64,000 nt of DNA from an uncultured cyanobacterium (GCA_963793425.1 CAWCAG010000005.1:864001-928000), one strand, 5' to 3'; shown: positions 21,081-32,043, numbered from the stretch's first letter. Numbers and translations are program-made. Notes: generated from the letters alone by a model not told the origin.

Positions 21081-24000
21081 ATGATTCCTCTGCAACTCAC
21101 CTTAAAAAACTTCCTCAGCTATCGTGAAGCAACCCTAGATTTTCGGGGGTTGCATACAGCTTGTATTTGCGGTGCTAATGGTGCTGGAAAATCTTCTTTG
21201 TTAGAAGCAATTACTTGGGCTGTTTGGGGGCAAAGTCGTACAGCTAGCGAAGATGATACCATCAACGCTGGGGCCAAAGATGTACGAGTTGATTTTACCT
21301 TCATTTCTAATCAACAAACCTATCGGGTAATTCGTTCTCGCACTAGGGGGAGAAGCGCTTCTCTTGATTTTCAGGTGGAGAGTACAGGAGGGTTCCGTTC
21401 CTTAAATGCTAAGGGAATGCGGGCCACACAGCAAGAAATTATTGCTCATTTAAAATTAGATTACGATACTTTTGTTAATTCTGCCTATTTGCGTCAGGGG
21501 AGGGCCGATGAGTTTATGTTACGTCGTCCCAATGAGAGAAAGCAAATTTTAGCTGATTTGTTGAAGTTAGATCGCTATGAAGAATTAGCGGAACAGGCAA
21601 AGGGTTTTTCTAAGCAACTGAAAGGACAAGCAGAACAATTACAACAAAGTTTACAACCTCTCCAAGAACAGTTAGGAGAAAAGGCAGCTTTAGTTGAGGA
21701 AAAGGCTAAGGTAGCGAAAGAAATTAAGCAACTGCAACAGCTACAGGAACAGGATCACGAAAAGTTACAGCAATTAGAAAAGTTGCAAAATCAACGGCAA
21801 ACTTGGCAACAGCAATTTAGTTGGCAACAAACCCAGTACCAAAATGTCTCTCAAGACTGCGATCGCACGGTTAAGGAGAAGGAGGCTTTACAAGGACAAA
21901 TACAGGGTTTACAGAGGTTGCTGGGGCAAGAAGAGGAGATTAAACAAGGATATCAACACCTTTTACAATTACAAAAAGAAGAAGAACTTTTCAGCAGCAA
22001 GTTTCAAGCTTATCAAGATGCCCAACAAAGAAAGCAGCAATTAGGGCAGGAGTTGGCACAACAAACCAATCAATTAAGTTTGCAACTTAGCCAGTATGAA
22101 ACTAAATTAGAGACTTTGTTGCAACAGGAAAGAGAGTTGCAAGAAGTTCTCAGCCACAGCCAGGAAGTTGCAGTTGCCCTAACACAACTAAATAAATGCC
22201 GTCAGCGTTTGCGACAACTAGATGAGTTGCAACTCCAGGTTTCTCCTTTGCTACAGAGGCGCAACAACTTACAAATGGAATTAGAACGGGTGGAAGCCAG
22301 GTTAAATGCAAGGTTAGAACAGTTGAGTAATTTGCGGGGAGAACTTCAGGTTAAAGTTAATCAAGTTCCTCAAACACAGCAACAGATTCTGACAGTTGAG
22401 GCAGAGATTAAGCAGTTAGATAATAAAAAGATTCATCAGCAAAGGGTTGAGGAGAAGGGAAATGACCAAAAAAGTTTTCAAGAACGTTTTCAAGAACAGC
22501 AACGCTTATTGCAAAGGGATTTAGGAGAGTTGCAACAAAAGTTGGAGATGTTGCAAACCCCAGGGGCAGTTTGTCCTTTATGCGAACAAGATTTGGATGA
22601 TCATTATCGTCAGCGAGTAGTCAGCAAAACCGAAGCACAGCAGCAGGAAATTCAGGACAAATGTTGGGTATTGCGAGAACAAATGGCTACCTGTGAGAGA
22701 GAATTACAAGGCTTGCGGGTAGAATATGCACAGCTAAGAAAGGAGATGTCTCCTTACAATAATTTATTACAACAAAAAGGACAATTAGAAGCACAGTTAG
22801 AAAATACTGGGCAAGTGCAGCAGAGACTGTTAGCCATTAATGCGGAAACAGCAGAGATTGAACGTTCTTTGGCTGTGGGAAATTATGCTCTAGAGTTACA
22901 CGCAGAGTTAGAGAATTTGCAACGAAAAATTGCCTCTCTTAATTATGATGAACAAACTCACGCTTTAGCAAGGGGAGAAGTAGAAAACTATCGCTGGGCA
23001 GAAATTAAACAAGCGAAGTTGGAGGATGCTAGCAAAAGGCAAGGACAGTTACAAACCCAAAGACCCCAACTAGAAGGGCAAATAGTTAAGGGGAAAAGGG
23101 CTATTGAGGAGTTGCGGCAAACTTCCCCGTTGCAACAGGAAATTAACCTGGTGGAACAGTATATTAAGGAGTTGGGTTATGAGCGATCGCACCATAATCA
23201 AATTATGACTGCGGTGAGGCAAGCAAATGGCTGGCAACTACGCTACCAACAACTGCAACAGGGACAACAGCAATATCCCCAATTAGAAGATCAATCACAA
23301 CAATTGCAACAACGCCTAGAAATGCGTTTGCAGGATCAAGAAACTGTAGGAAATCAGTTAAAAGAATTGCAGGTACAAATGTCTCAGAATCCTGATTATA
23401 GCCAAGAAATACAGGCATTGCAACACCAAGTTCTCCAGGTAAGAAGAAGACAATTAGACCAACTTTTAGCCCAACAGGGAAGCCACGAACAAAGGCTAGT
23501 TCAAATAGATAGCTTAGACCAACAATATCAAGCCACAGAAACTAAGTTAGCAGAAATTAAAAAACAATATCGAGTTTATCAAGAACTTGCCCAAGCTTTT
23601 GGTAAAAAAGGTATTCAAGCTTTGATGATTGAAAATATTTTACCTCAATTAGAAGCCCAAACTAACCAAATCTTAGCCCGTTTAACGGGGAACCAATTAC
23701 ACGTACAGTTTTTAACCCAAAGAGCATCTAAAAGTAGCAAATCTAAACGTAAAACTACAAAAATGATTGATACTTTAGATATCTTAATTGCTGATGCGAG
23801 GGGAACTCGCCCCTATGAAACCTATTCTGGGGGGGAAGGATTTCGCATCAACTTTGCCATCCGTTTAGCCTTAGCGAGATTACTGGCTCAAAGGGCTGGG
23901 ACTTCTTTACAAATGCTAATTATAGATGAAGGTTTCGGTACTCAAGATGCAGAAGGATGTGAAAGATTAATTGCGGCTATTAATGCGATCGCCGCCGATT

Positions 24001-24110
24001 TTTCTTGTATTTTAACTGTTACCCATATGCCCCAATTCAAAGAAGCTTTTCAAACTCGCATTGAGGTGAGCAAAACCAACCAAGGTTCTCAGTTGTTGCT
24101 TTCTAGCTGA
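21081..24110 (+). CDS. sbcC: Exonuclease subunit SbcC
   Basis: Walker A GANGAGKS, long coiled coil, zinc hook CPLC, signature YSGGE, Walker B IIDEGFG. Confidence 0.96.
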   Translation: MIPLQLTLKNFLSYREATLDFRGLHTACICGANGAGKSSLLEAITWAVWGQSRTASEDDTINAGAKDVRVDFTFISNQQTYRVIRSRTRGRSASLDFQVESTGGFRSLNAKGMRATQQEIIAHLKLDYDTFVNSAYLRQGRADEFMLRRPNERKQILADLLKLDRYEELAEQAKGFSKQLKGQAEQLQQSLQPLQEQLGEKAALVEEKAKVAKEIKQLQQLQEQDHEKLQQLEKLQNQRQTWQQQFSWQQTQYQNVSQDCDRTVKEKEALQGQIQGLQRLLGQEEEIKQGYQHLLQLQKEEELFSSKFQAYQDAQQRKQQLGQELAQQTNQLSLQLSQYETKLETLLQQERELQEVLSHSQEVAVALTQLNKCRQRLRQLDELQLQVSPLLQRRNNLQMELERVEARLNARLEQLSNLRGELQVKVNQVPQTQQQILTVEAEIKQLDNKKIHQQRVEEKGNDQKSFQERFQEQQRLLQRDLGELQQKLEMLQTPGAVCPLCEQDLDDHYRQRVVSKTEAQQQEIQDKCWVLREQMATCERELQGLRVEYAQLRKEMSPYNNLLQQKGQLEAQLENTGQVQQRLLAINAETAEIERSLAVGNYALELHAELENLQRKIASLNYDEQTHALARGEVENYRWAEIKQAKLEDASKRQGQLQTQRPQLEGQIVKGKRAIEELRQTSPLQQEINLVEQYIKELGYERSHHNQIMTAVRQANGWQLRYQQLQQGQQQYPQLEDQSQQLQQRLEMRLQDQETVGNQLKELQVQMSQNPDYSQEIQALQHQVLQVRRRQLDQLLAQQGSHEQRLVQIDSLDQQYQATETKLAEIKKQYRVYQELAQAFGKKGIQALMIENILPQLEAQTNQILARLTGNQLHVQFLTQRASKSSKSKRKTTKMIDTLDILIADARGTRPYETYSGGEGFRINFAIRLALARLLAQRAGTSLQMLIIDEGFGTQDAEGCERLIAAINAIAADFSCILTVTHMPQFKEAFQTRIEVSKTNQGSQLLLSS

Positions 24111-24658
24111 TACTTTAAAACAATAATGTGACGGTGAGAACGACGAATAAACCCTTCTTCTTCAAACTGATTCAGTAATTTTGTTATGGTTACTCTCGTT
24201 GTACCGATTGCTTCTGCAAGTTCTTGATGAGTTAAGCGTAAATCAACTAGCAGCCCATCCCTATTTTCGCAACCAAATTTGTGACTTAACCAAAGCAAAA
24301 ACTGTTGCAAACGATTGTAAATTCTTGGGGTGCGTACAATGGCGAGAATTTCTTGGCTTTGTTGAGCATGGCGACAAATTTGCTCAGCAATGCAATACCA
24401 ACGCTGGCAAGGGATACCATAAGCTTCTACTGGGGTTAAACACTGAATCTGCTGGGGATCTTTGGTGATAGATAAAGGTTTACCAACTAAATCTCCTCTT
24501 CCCCAATAACCTAGGGTAATTAAATTTCCTTGCTCATTCCAAGTGAAGCTTTTGACAGTACCCTCTTTGATCGACCAGAGAATATCGGTTTTCAAAGGGA
24601 TTAACTGTTGAGGATTGAATTTGTGAATGTTGTAATTGACGTTTAGGGTACGTTGCAT
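24089..24658 (-). CDS. Crp/Fnr family transcriptional regulator
   Basis: LTHQELAEAIGTTRVTITKLL helix-turn-helix; short cNMP-like N-terminal domain. Confidence 0.92.
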   Translation of the reverse strand: MQRTLNVNYNIHKFNPQQLIPLKTDILWSIKEGTVKSFTWNEQGNLITLGYWGRGDLVGKPLSITKDPQQIQCLTPVEAYGIPCQRWYCIAEQICRHAQQSQEILAIVRTPRIYNRLQQFLLWLSHKFGCENRDGLLVDLRLTHQELAEAIGTTRVTITKLLNQFEEEGFIRRSHRHIIVLKYQLESNN

Positions 24659-24805
24659 AGTTATTTAAGAGGATTGTTAGGGTGATCAAGGCATAAGCAG
24701 AAAGTTTTTGTAGAAGATCCTGAATAGCTTCTTAAGTTGCACTCTCCCTCCACAAAAATTAATAAAAATGTTTTTCATTTACCTTAACTCATAGTGTATG
24801 CTATT

Positions 24806-24955
24806 TTGAGAATTAATGAATATCTTTCTCAATAAGCTTGACGGAGGTTCAACCAATTTAGACATAATTGTCCTTGGAACACTTGATATCATCAATGATT
24901 GCCAATCATAGCGAACCTAAAAGCTTATCAATCAGTATTGGCAATAGGTTTCATT
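24806..24955. promoter_or_regulatory. Possible Fur boxes between the crp-like gene and the flavodoxin remnant
   Basis: TTGAGAA...TTCTCAAT (24806-24833) and ATTGGCAATAGGTTTCATT (24937-24955); context fits an iron-regulated flavodoxin. Confidence 0.4.
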
Positions 24956-25067
24956 AATAACCTGACCTTATTTGTCGGTTTCAGGTTTGAGAAAAAGAAG
25001 AAAGGGGAGTGAGAACAAAGAATCTATCTCAATCTCCCCCGAAATTACACTAACTTAGGAGTATATC

Positions 25068-25302
25068 ATGACAACAATCGGCCTTTTCGTTGGCAGCACT
25101 ACTGGTAAAACAGAAGCAGCAGCAGAAGAAATTCAAGCAGCATTGGGTGGCGAGGATGTGGTTACAATCCACGAAATTTATGAAGTGGAAGATAGTGACT
25201 TTGAGTTACTTCTATCCTCGCCAAGTAGGACGGAAAATTATTGGTTTTTGGCAAAGTTTGGCTTCTTTAAATGAAGAAGAAGTGTATAGCATTTCTGTTT
25301 AA
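25068..25302 (+). pseudogene. isiB: Flavodoxin (IsiB) N-terminal fragment fused to an unrelated gene tail
   Basis: AGGAG RBS; MTTIGLFVGSTTGKTE is the FMN phosphate loop; homology ends near 25205, before the IIGCPTW motif. Confidence 0.8.
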
Positions 25303-25387
25303 AGTGCATCCTGTAAGGTTCTAAAACAGTTAATTGATAATCTGTACTTAACCTTTATAAGGATGCACTCTGACTCAACAACTTTAA

Positions 25388-25909
25388 CTACTTTTGTATA
25401 TAACGAGAAGCCATCTGCATTGCATCTGCCATATCAACATCCCCATCTCCATCAGCATCTAAAAAAGTGCCGAGGACAGAGTTAGATCCTTGGGGATTAT
25501 TGCTACTAGCGCCAGTTTTGAGGAAATTCAGTACTAAGGGTACTAACATTGGCAACATACCTTTAATCATATTGGCGTTTAAACCTGTTCTTGATTCAAT
25601 TTCTTGGATCATTTGTTGAAGTTGGGGGGCATTAAAGAGCATTTGCACAGCTTGATTACTGGGCTGAGTACCGCTAAACTGATTAACTAAGGCCCTTGTC
25701 TGGTCTTCCCCTTGATTACTACGCTTTTCTTGTAAGGAAGAGCGTACAAACTTACCTACAACTGACATAGCAGATTGAACTTGGGAAGCATCTGCCCCTT
25801 GGCTATTACTAAGTTGCTGTACCGTACCGAGAATATTAGCAAGCTGTCCTGAACTTGCTTCGCGATCAGGACTTTCAAGGGCGCTAAGGACAGTGTTAAA
25901 AAGACTCAT
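25388..25909 (-). CDS. DUF937-like protein
   Basis: Helical protein ending FLDADGDGDVDMAD. Confidence 0.75.
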   Translation of the reverse strand: MSLFNTVLSALESPDREASSGQLANILGTVQQLSNSQGADASQVQSAMSVVGKFVRSSLQEKRSNQGEDQTRALVNQFSGTQPSNQAVQMLFNAPQLQQMIQEIESRTGLNANMIKGMLPMLVPLVLNFLKTGASSNNPQGSNSVLGTFLDADGDGDVDMADAMQMASRYIQK

Positions 25910-26049
25910 GGAAATTCTCCTTTATTTAAGTCAGTAATCTCAATTGTAATCGCCTGCTTCAATTAATTGGATGGTATTATTTGGGGAAAACAGGCTTTAG
26001 TAATTCGCCCTTGACCTTTTACCAGTCAATTTTTAATTGACAAACCCCT

Positions 26050-27447
26050 GTGCTTTGTATAGATGAGTTATTGAACTTAGAACTATTTCAAAAACTACCT
26101 CAAGAGAGGTTGGAATGGGCTTGCGATCGCGGTGAAACAATTGAGTTGCCCAAAGGAGAATATCTGATTAAGGAAGGAGAGTCTCCACGGGGCTTTTTTA
26201 TCCTGGTTTGCGGTAGAGTTAGTATTACTCGCCACAGTGAAGGGGTGGAAATGCCCATCGGACAACATGATTCCCCTAGCTTCTTTGGGGAGATTCAGGT
26301 ATTAACAGAAGAACCCTATGGGGTTAGCTTACGGGCTTTAAATGATTGTCACCTTTACGAAATATCTGGGGAAGACTTCCGTACCCTACTCCATGAATGT
26401 CGAGATTTTGAACGCAGAGTTTTTCGGGTTGTTCAAACTAGGTTGCAAGGTTTGGAATCTTTTTTACGTAATCGTGAGAAAATGGCTGCTTTGGGTACTT
26501 TAAGTGCAGGGTTGGCCCATGAATTGAATAATCCTGCCGCCGCTTTGGTTAGAGCATTGAAAGATGTGATGCCGGCTTTGAGGGAATTAGAACGGATGAA
26601 TTTAGTTTATGGGCAACGTAACATAGATGAAGCCCATACCCAGAAATGGCAACAATTGCGCGATCGCGGTTATGAAAATCTTGCGAATAATGGGCTAGAT
26701 CCTTTAACTTTGAGCCAACGGGAAGATGAATTATTAGATTGGTTAGAAGATTATGGGGTAGAAAAGCCTTGGAATCTTTCTGAACCTTTAGCCTTGGGGG
26801 GCATAGAAGTTGCAACCCTCAAAGAAATGATGGAACCCTGGCGCAACGATAGGACGGAATTGAGAGATCAAGGTATACGTTGGCTAGCCCTTTCTTTTGA
26901 GGTGATGGTAGCAATTCAAAATGGTTTGCAAGGGGCAGAACATATTTCTGAATTGGTACAGTCAATGAAATCATACACCTATTTAGATCGAGGTCCGCAG
27001 CAAGTTGTTGACGTGTGTGCAGGTCTTGAGGATACCCTACGGCTATTTTGTCACAAAATTAAGCAAGGTATCGAAGTTCGTCGCTGCTACACGAACAACT
27101 TACCAAAAATTATGGGCTATGGCAGTGAACTTAATCAAGTTTGGACTAGTTTAATTGATAATGCTATCGATGCTATAGAGGGAACAGGGGTTTTAGAAGT
27201 CAAAACTGATGGTGATGGTAGCTATGCCATCGTAGAAATTATTGACTCAGGCAAGGGCATTTCCCCAGAGATTCAATCTCGTGTTTATGAACCTTTTTTC
27301 ACAACCAAAGAAGTTGGTCAAGGTTCAGGGTTAGGATTAGATGCAGTGAGGCGTATTGTGGAAAATCGCCATCAAGGAACAATTTCTTTTGATTCTCAAC
27401 CAGGAAAGACTTGCTTTAGGGTTTGTTTACCGATGGCTAATGGCTAA
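26050..27447 (+). CDS. cNMP-binding domain sensor histidine kinase
   Basis: N-terminal cNMP domain (FFGEI); AGLAHELNNP, LNQVW..LIDNAIDA, PFFTTK and GSGLGL motifs. Confidence 0.93.
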   Translation: MLCIDELLNLELFQKLPQERLEWACDRGETIELPKGEYLIKEGESPRGFFILVCGRVSITRHSEGVEMPIGQHDSPSFFGEIQVLTEEPYGVSLRALNDCHLYEISGEDFRTLLHECRDFERRVFRVVQTRLQGLESFLRNREKMAALGTLSAGLAHELNNPAAALVRALKDVMPALRELERMNLVYGQRNIDEAHTQKWQQLRDRGYENLANNGLDPLTLSQREDELLDWLEDYGVEKPWNLSEPLALGGIEVATLKEMMEPWRNDRTELRDQGIRWLALSFEVMVAIQNGLQGAEHISELVQSMKSYTYLDRGPQQVVDVCAGLEDTLRLFCHKIKQGIEVRRCYTNNLPKIMGYGSELNQVWTSLIDNAIDAIEGTGVLEVKTDGDGSYAIVEIIDSGKGISPEIQSRVYEPFFTTKEVGQGSGLGLDAVRRIVENRHQGTISFDSQPGKTCFRVCLPMANG

Positions 27448-27506
27448 TGGCTAATTGTCTTACATCGGGGTTAGGTATTGCTATCAGCAAGCATCTATTA
27501 GCATCT

Positions 27507-29960
27507 ATGAAGAAAAAATTAGGATACGATTATCAAGTCGGCGGAAGTCTGCCGGGGGATTCTTTAACCTATATAGTTCGACAAGCAGACTCGGAACTTT
27601 TTGAAAATACTATAGCAGGGCAGTTTTGTTATATCCTCAACTCTCGGCACATGGGCAAATCCTCTTTGCGGGTGCGGACAATGAAGAAGCTAGGAACAAA
27701 CGGTGTTGCCTGTGGAGTGGTGGATCTGACAGCTATTAGCAGACAAGATATTAATGAAGAACAATGGTATGCTAGCATCACCTATACCATAGCTAGTAGT
27801 TTCCAGCTTTTGGAGAGTTTTCCTTTGCCAGATTGGTGGTGCGATCGCAAGTATCTTTCTCCAGGAAGGCGTTTAGAGGCTTTTATTCGTGATGTCCTCC
27901 TCACAAGAGTAGAACATAACATTGTTCTGTTCGTAGACGAAATTGATACTATTCTTAACTTACCTTTTCCGGTAGATGACTTCTTTGCTTTGATTCGTAA
28001 CTGTTATGAAAGGCGAACTATCAACAATCGCTATCAACGTCTAACGTGGGTACTTTTAGGAGTTGCTAATCCCTCAGAACTCATTACAGATAAAAGTCGT
28101 AACCCTTTTGATGTTGGGCGAGAAATCTCTTTAACGGGGCTTGAATTAGAATCTAGTCAAGTTTTAGCCCCAGGATTAGCCCCTCAAACCAAGCATCCTC
28201 AAGCTGTATTAAAAGAGATTTTAGCCTGGACAGGGGGGCAGCCCTTTTTAACGCAAAAGTTATGTCAATTAGTTCGACAAACTAATAAAGTTATTCCCTT
28301 TAATCAAGAAGCTAAATGGATTGCAGAATTAGTTAGTAGCCAGATTATTGATAATTGGGAAACTCAAGATGAACCCGAACATTTACGTTCTATTCGTGAT
28401 CGTCTTTTAGGAAGTCCTCACAAAAAATCTCTCCTTCATCTTTACCAAAAAATCCTACGTTACGGGGAAATTCCTGCTGAAGATACCACAGAACAAATGG
28501 AGTTATGTTTGTCTGGTTTGGTGGTTAAGCATCAGGAAGGAAAACTTTATGCCCATCCTATATTAAGAATAGATAATCCTATTTATCAAGCAGTTTTTAA
28601 TGCTAGTTGGTTAGAACATAAGTCAGGAACTTTAACCCCTTCTCTTGCTATCAACAGTCATATTTCTGATGAACAAAAGTTATATGACCGCTTACTTAAC
28701 TGGGTACAAAAAGAATCACCTCTCAAAACTATTGAACGCTTTCGCCAGTTATTTATTTACGGTCGTTCTCATCAAGATCAAGATATTGCTTTAACTTTAC
28801 ATAAAATCATCTTTTCTCAACGTCGAGAACGACAGTTTAAATATATTATCAATCGTTGCTGTCGCATTTTAATTAACCATTGGCAAATTCATTCTGCAAA
28901 ATCAGCAATTCCTAGTTTATTAGCTTTATTAAAAGGAGTACCTCGCCCAGAAGAAATCAATCACAGCAACTCCCAAGTTATTAAACGCTTACAGCAAATC
29001 AGAAATCTATTCGCCAATAGCGAAGAATATCAACTTTTACACAGCTTGTTTGTTGAGCCAGTTATTTATGAAGTTGTAGCTGAATTTAAAAACCAAGCAG
29101 AACAAGAAATTTTGCAAGTTTGGTTGTTACTTAATCCTCCTGTTATTCATCACAGCGAAGTTGAAAGTATACCTTTAAAAACCTGTCTTTATCGCTATCC
29201 TTATCTTTATAGCCATTATTGGCTAAAGCAGAAATCTTATGAAGAACAACAGCAATTAATTCAACAAATACAAGGAGATAGACAAAGGAAATTTGCTCTT
29301 GACTTACACAAGTATGCTAATACTTTAAAAACGCAAAAAAGTCAACCTGAAATTGCTAATCCTACTCTTTTAAGTAACCAAAAACTATCTTTAGCACTTA
29401 AGCAATTTTCCGGGAAAGTAGAAGGTGCTTATAGCTATCGAGATTTAGCTAATATTTTTACTCAGCAACTTAATCAAACAACCTATTATGGGGACTTCAA
29501 AAAATCTTTATACGAATATTTGATTACTACCGTAGAACCAGTTTATGGACAACATAGATTTAATCAACGTTTGCTTAAGCATTTACAAAATACTTCTCCG
29601 GAACGGAATGAGCAAATATTAACAGACTCTTTACTAACTCAAACTTGCTGCAATTTGGTTGATTTTTTAGTAGAAAGTCCTCATAATCCTAATTATCTTT
29701 ACTTCGTAGATTTAATTACCAACTTAGGTAATCTCGAAGCCATGGGGCTATTGCTAAAAATCATTCTTCTGTGTGGGCGCGCTAAACCGACTTTAGAAAA
29801 GCGCTTTGCCATTATTTTCAACCATTATGAATCTCAAACCATTAATGAAACAAAATGGTTTGTCGATACCTTGGAAAATTTCAATGTAGCTTTGGTGACT
29901 AATTTTAGTGCGGTGGATTTGTTCTTTATTGAGGATAATAGAATAGGAAAGAGTAAATAG
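27507..29960 (+). CDS. AAA_35 ATPase fused to an uncharacterised helical cyanobacterial domain
   Basis: YQVGGSL, NSRHMGKSSL, FVDEID, WTGGQPFLTQKLC. Start moved to the ATG at 27507 because the upstream ATG lies within an STRR. Confidence 0.85.
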   Translation: MKKKLGYDYQVGGSLPGDSLTYIVRQADSELFENTIAGQFCYILNSRHMGKSSLRVRTMKKLGTNGVACGVVDLTAISRQDINEEQWYASITYTIASSFQLLESFPLPDWWCDRKYLSPGRRLEAFIRDVLLTRVEHNIVLFVDEIDTILNLPFPVDDFFALIRNCYERRTINNRYQRLTWVLLGVANPSELITDKSRNPFDVGREISLTGLELESSQVLAPGLAPQTKHPQAVLKEILAWTGGQPFLTQKLCQLVRQTNKVIPFNQEAKWIAELVSSQIIDNWETQDEPEHLRSIRDRLLGSPHKKSLLHLYQKILRYGEIPAEDTTEQMELCLSGLVVKHQEGKLYAHPILRIDNPIYQAVFNASWLEHKSGTLTPSLAINSHISDEQKLYDRLLNWVQKESPLKTIERFRQLFIYGRSHQDQDIALTLHKIIFSQRRERQFKYIINRCCRILINHWQIHSAKSAIPSLLALLKGVPRPEEINHSNSQVIKRLQQIRNLFANSEEYQLLHSLFVEPVIYEVVAEFKNQAEQEILQVWLLLNPPVIHHSEVESIPLKTCLYRYPYLYSHYWLKQKSYEEQQQLIQQIQGDRQRKFALDLHKYANTLKTQKSQPEIANPTLLSNQKLSLALKQFSGKVEGAYSYRDLANIFTQQLNQTTYYGDFKKSLYEYLITTVEPVYGQHRFNQRLLKHLQNTSPERNEQILTDSLLTQTCCNLVDFLVESPHNPNYLYFVDLITNLGNLEAMGLLLKIILLCGRAKPTLEKRFAIIFNHYESQTINETKWFVDTLENFNVALVTNFSAVDLFFIEDNRIGKSK

Positions 29961-30026
29961 GAAACAATGCACAATAGCTTATGGAGCGATCGCAATTAGC
30001 TTATGATTATTAGGAATTGCTATATA

Positions 30027-30135
30027 TAGCTTTTCTCGGACTCATGAGGTATGTTTGGTCTATTTCCATCTTCCCAGTAGCAAAAGCGCAAAAACCGGAA
30101 TCTAGGCCGTACCTCACGCTTACTAAGAATTGCTA
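30027..30135. mobile_element. MITE-like element, copy 1
   Basis: Imperfect terminal inverted repeats TAGC..TTCTC..ATGAGGTA / TACCTCA..AGAATTGCTA, flanked by TA; related copy at 57129-57252. Confidence 0.65.
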
Positions 30136-30162
30136 TACCAAGTGTGACAAATTTTTAGCTAC

Positions 30163-31470
30163 TTGTTGAGATTTAGCACAATGCTGAAATTGATGAAGCA
30201 AAAGAACTTTAAAAAAAAAGCTTATATTATTGCCTTATTTCTCATTACTTTACAGTTGAGTTTACTATTTATTTTATCTCAAAATTGGCCAGTAACCTTA
30301 AACCTTTTAGTACCAGATTCTTCCATTCCCTATCAAGAATTTATCCAGGAGTTTGAGGCTCAACATCCACGTATTCATATTAAACTTATTGTCGCACCAG
30401 GACAAAGCAATGCTATTGCTATCACCGACGACATAGAAGCTAGCTATCGTAATGTTTTTGGAACTAGTAACGGTTCTCCTTTTGATTTAATTTATTTGGA
30501 TGTCATTTTAGTAGAAGAATTTGCTCAAAAAGGTTGGCTAAAAGATATTAATAGTGTTACCTCTCCTCGCCAGTTAGAACAATTTCAAAAAAACTTCCGT
30601 CCTTTAGATTGGCAAGGTGGAGTTTATCAAAACAAACAGTACCGCATTCCCTTCTTTTCAGGAGTAGGTATGCTTTTCTATCGAGAAGATTTATTGGCAG
30701 CAAAGAAAGTTCCTCAAACCTTCAATGAATTACTAACCGTAGGTAAAGAAGTACAAAATCCTCAAGCAAGTTTGTGGGGCTATGCTTGGCAAGGAAAACA
30801 GTATGAAGGGTTAGTAGCAATGTTCGTTGAACTTCTGCAAGGTTATGGTGGTTTTTGGCTTAATCCTGAAACCAAGGAAGTAGGATTAGATCAACAAGCT
30901 GCTTTACAAGCAGCACAGTTTTTGCGGCAACTAAAACAAATTTCTCCACCAAATATTACTACTTATGATGAGACTAAAGCCTTACAAACATTCCTACAAG
31001 GAAAAGCGGTTTTCTTACGGAATTGGCCCTATGCTTTGAAAGAAATAGATGCTTCGATTTATAAAGGCAAAGTAAAAGTGATGCCCTTAGTAACTCAAAC
31101 AGGGCAAAATAGGACAGGTTGTCTCGGTGGTTGGGGATTTGGTATTGCTAAAAATAGTAAACATCCTCAAGAAGCATGGCAAGCAATTCAGTTTTTCACT
31201 AAAGAGAGTAGTCAAAGAAAGCTATTTATTGAAACAGGTTTTATACCCAGTTATCAAAATCTTAATGTGGGCAGATTAGCCCAAGACAACTTAAATACCC
31301 TAGAATCAATAGCTACTAATGCTGTTAACCGTCCCCAAATTCCCGAATATAAACAAGCAAGCAAAATCTTACAAGCTTATCTCCATAAAGTATTAACTAG
31401 TGAAGAAAATATTACTAAACTTATGAGTGATGCAGCGAAAGAAACTCGCGAGTTATTAAGTAATAAGTAA
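30163..31470 (+). CDS. Sugar ABC transporter substrate-binding protein
   Basis: LFYREDLL, QGKQYEGLV, VFLRNWPY and CLGGWGFGI motifs; no permease gene adjacent. Confidence 0.9.
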   Translation: MLRFSTMLKLMKQKNFKKKAYIIALFLITLQLSLLFILSQNWPVTLNLLVPDSSIPYQEFIQEFEAQHPRIHIKLIVAPGQSNAIAITDDIEASYRNVFGTSNGSPFDLIYLDVILVEEFAQKGWLKDINSVTSPRQLEQFQKNFRPLDWQGGVYQNKQYRIPFFSGVGMLFYREDLLAAKKVPQTFNELLTVGKEVQNPQASLWGYAWQGKQYEGLVAMFVELLQGYGGFWLNPETKEVGLDQQAALQAAQFLRQLKQISPPNITTYDETKALQTFLQGKAVFLRNWPYALKEIDASIYKGKVKVMPLVTQTGQNRTGCLGGWGFGIAKNSKHPQEAWQAIQFFTKESSQRKLFIETGFIPSYQNLNVGRLAQDNLNTLESIATNAVNRPQIPEYKQASKILQAYLHKVLTSEENITKLMSDAAKETRELLSNK

Positions 31471-31533
31471 TAAGTAATAGGTAATAGGTAAAGCTTAGTT
31501 TTGTTTAATCTTCAATGATAAATATTTAATAAT

Positions 31534-31959
31534 TCATCTGTCGCCTATTTCTGCTAATTCTCTGCCGCCGAAAATTGCTTCGTAATGGCGATAGAATTTA
31601 AACTCTAGTAAATTGTGAAAAGGATCTGCTAAAAAGAAAGTTCTGTGTTCTGTTAGTTGTCCGGGGAAACGATGTTTTGCAGCTTGATAAAAGTTTAACT
31701 CCATTTCCTGAGCCTTAGCGAGGAGGTTTTCCCAATCTGCTTCTTCAGGGAAAATTAGACCGAAATGGCGAGGATAAACACCTTTTTGGGGTTGTAGGGG
31801 TTCTTTTGTCATATGGGCAACTACTTGATGCCCATAGAAATTAAATATTACCGCATTAATGCTTTCACGGCCGATTTCGCAACCTAAACAATCAGCATAG
31901 AAAGCCTTAGCTTTAGCAAGATCATTGATGGGAATTGCTAGGTGAAAAATAGCTGTCAT
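31534..31959 (-). CDS. VOC/glyoxalase family protein
   Basis: FHLAIP...FYGHQVVAH...PRHFG...DPFHNLLEFK. Confidence 0.9.
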   Translation of the reverse strand: MTAIFHLAIPINDLAKAKAFYADCLGCEIGRESINAVIFNFYGHQVVAHMTKEPLQPQKGVYPRHFGLIFPEEADWENLLAKAQEMELNFYQAAKHRFPGQLTEHRTFFLADPFHNLLEFKFYRHYEAIFGGRELAEIGDR

Positions 31960-32043
31960 GGGGATAATTGGTTTAGGATTAATTACAAGCGACCAAATTA
32001 TAGCAGGATTATCTGCTATAAATGATGCAACAAATTATAGATA

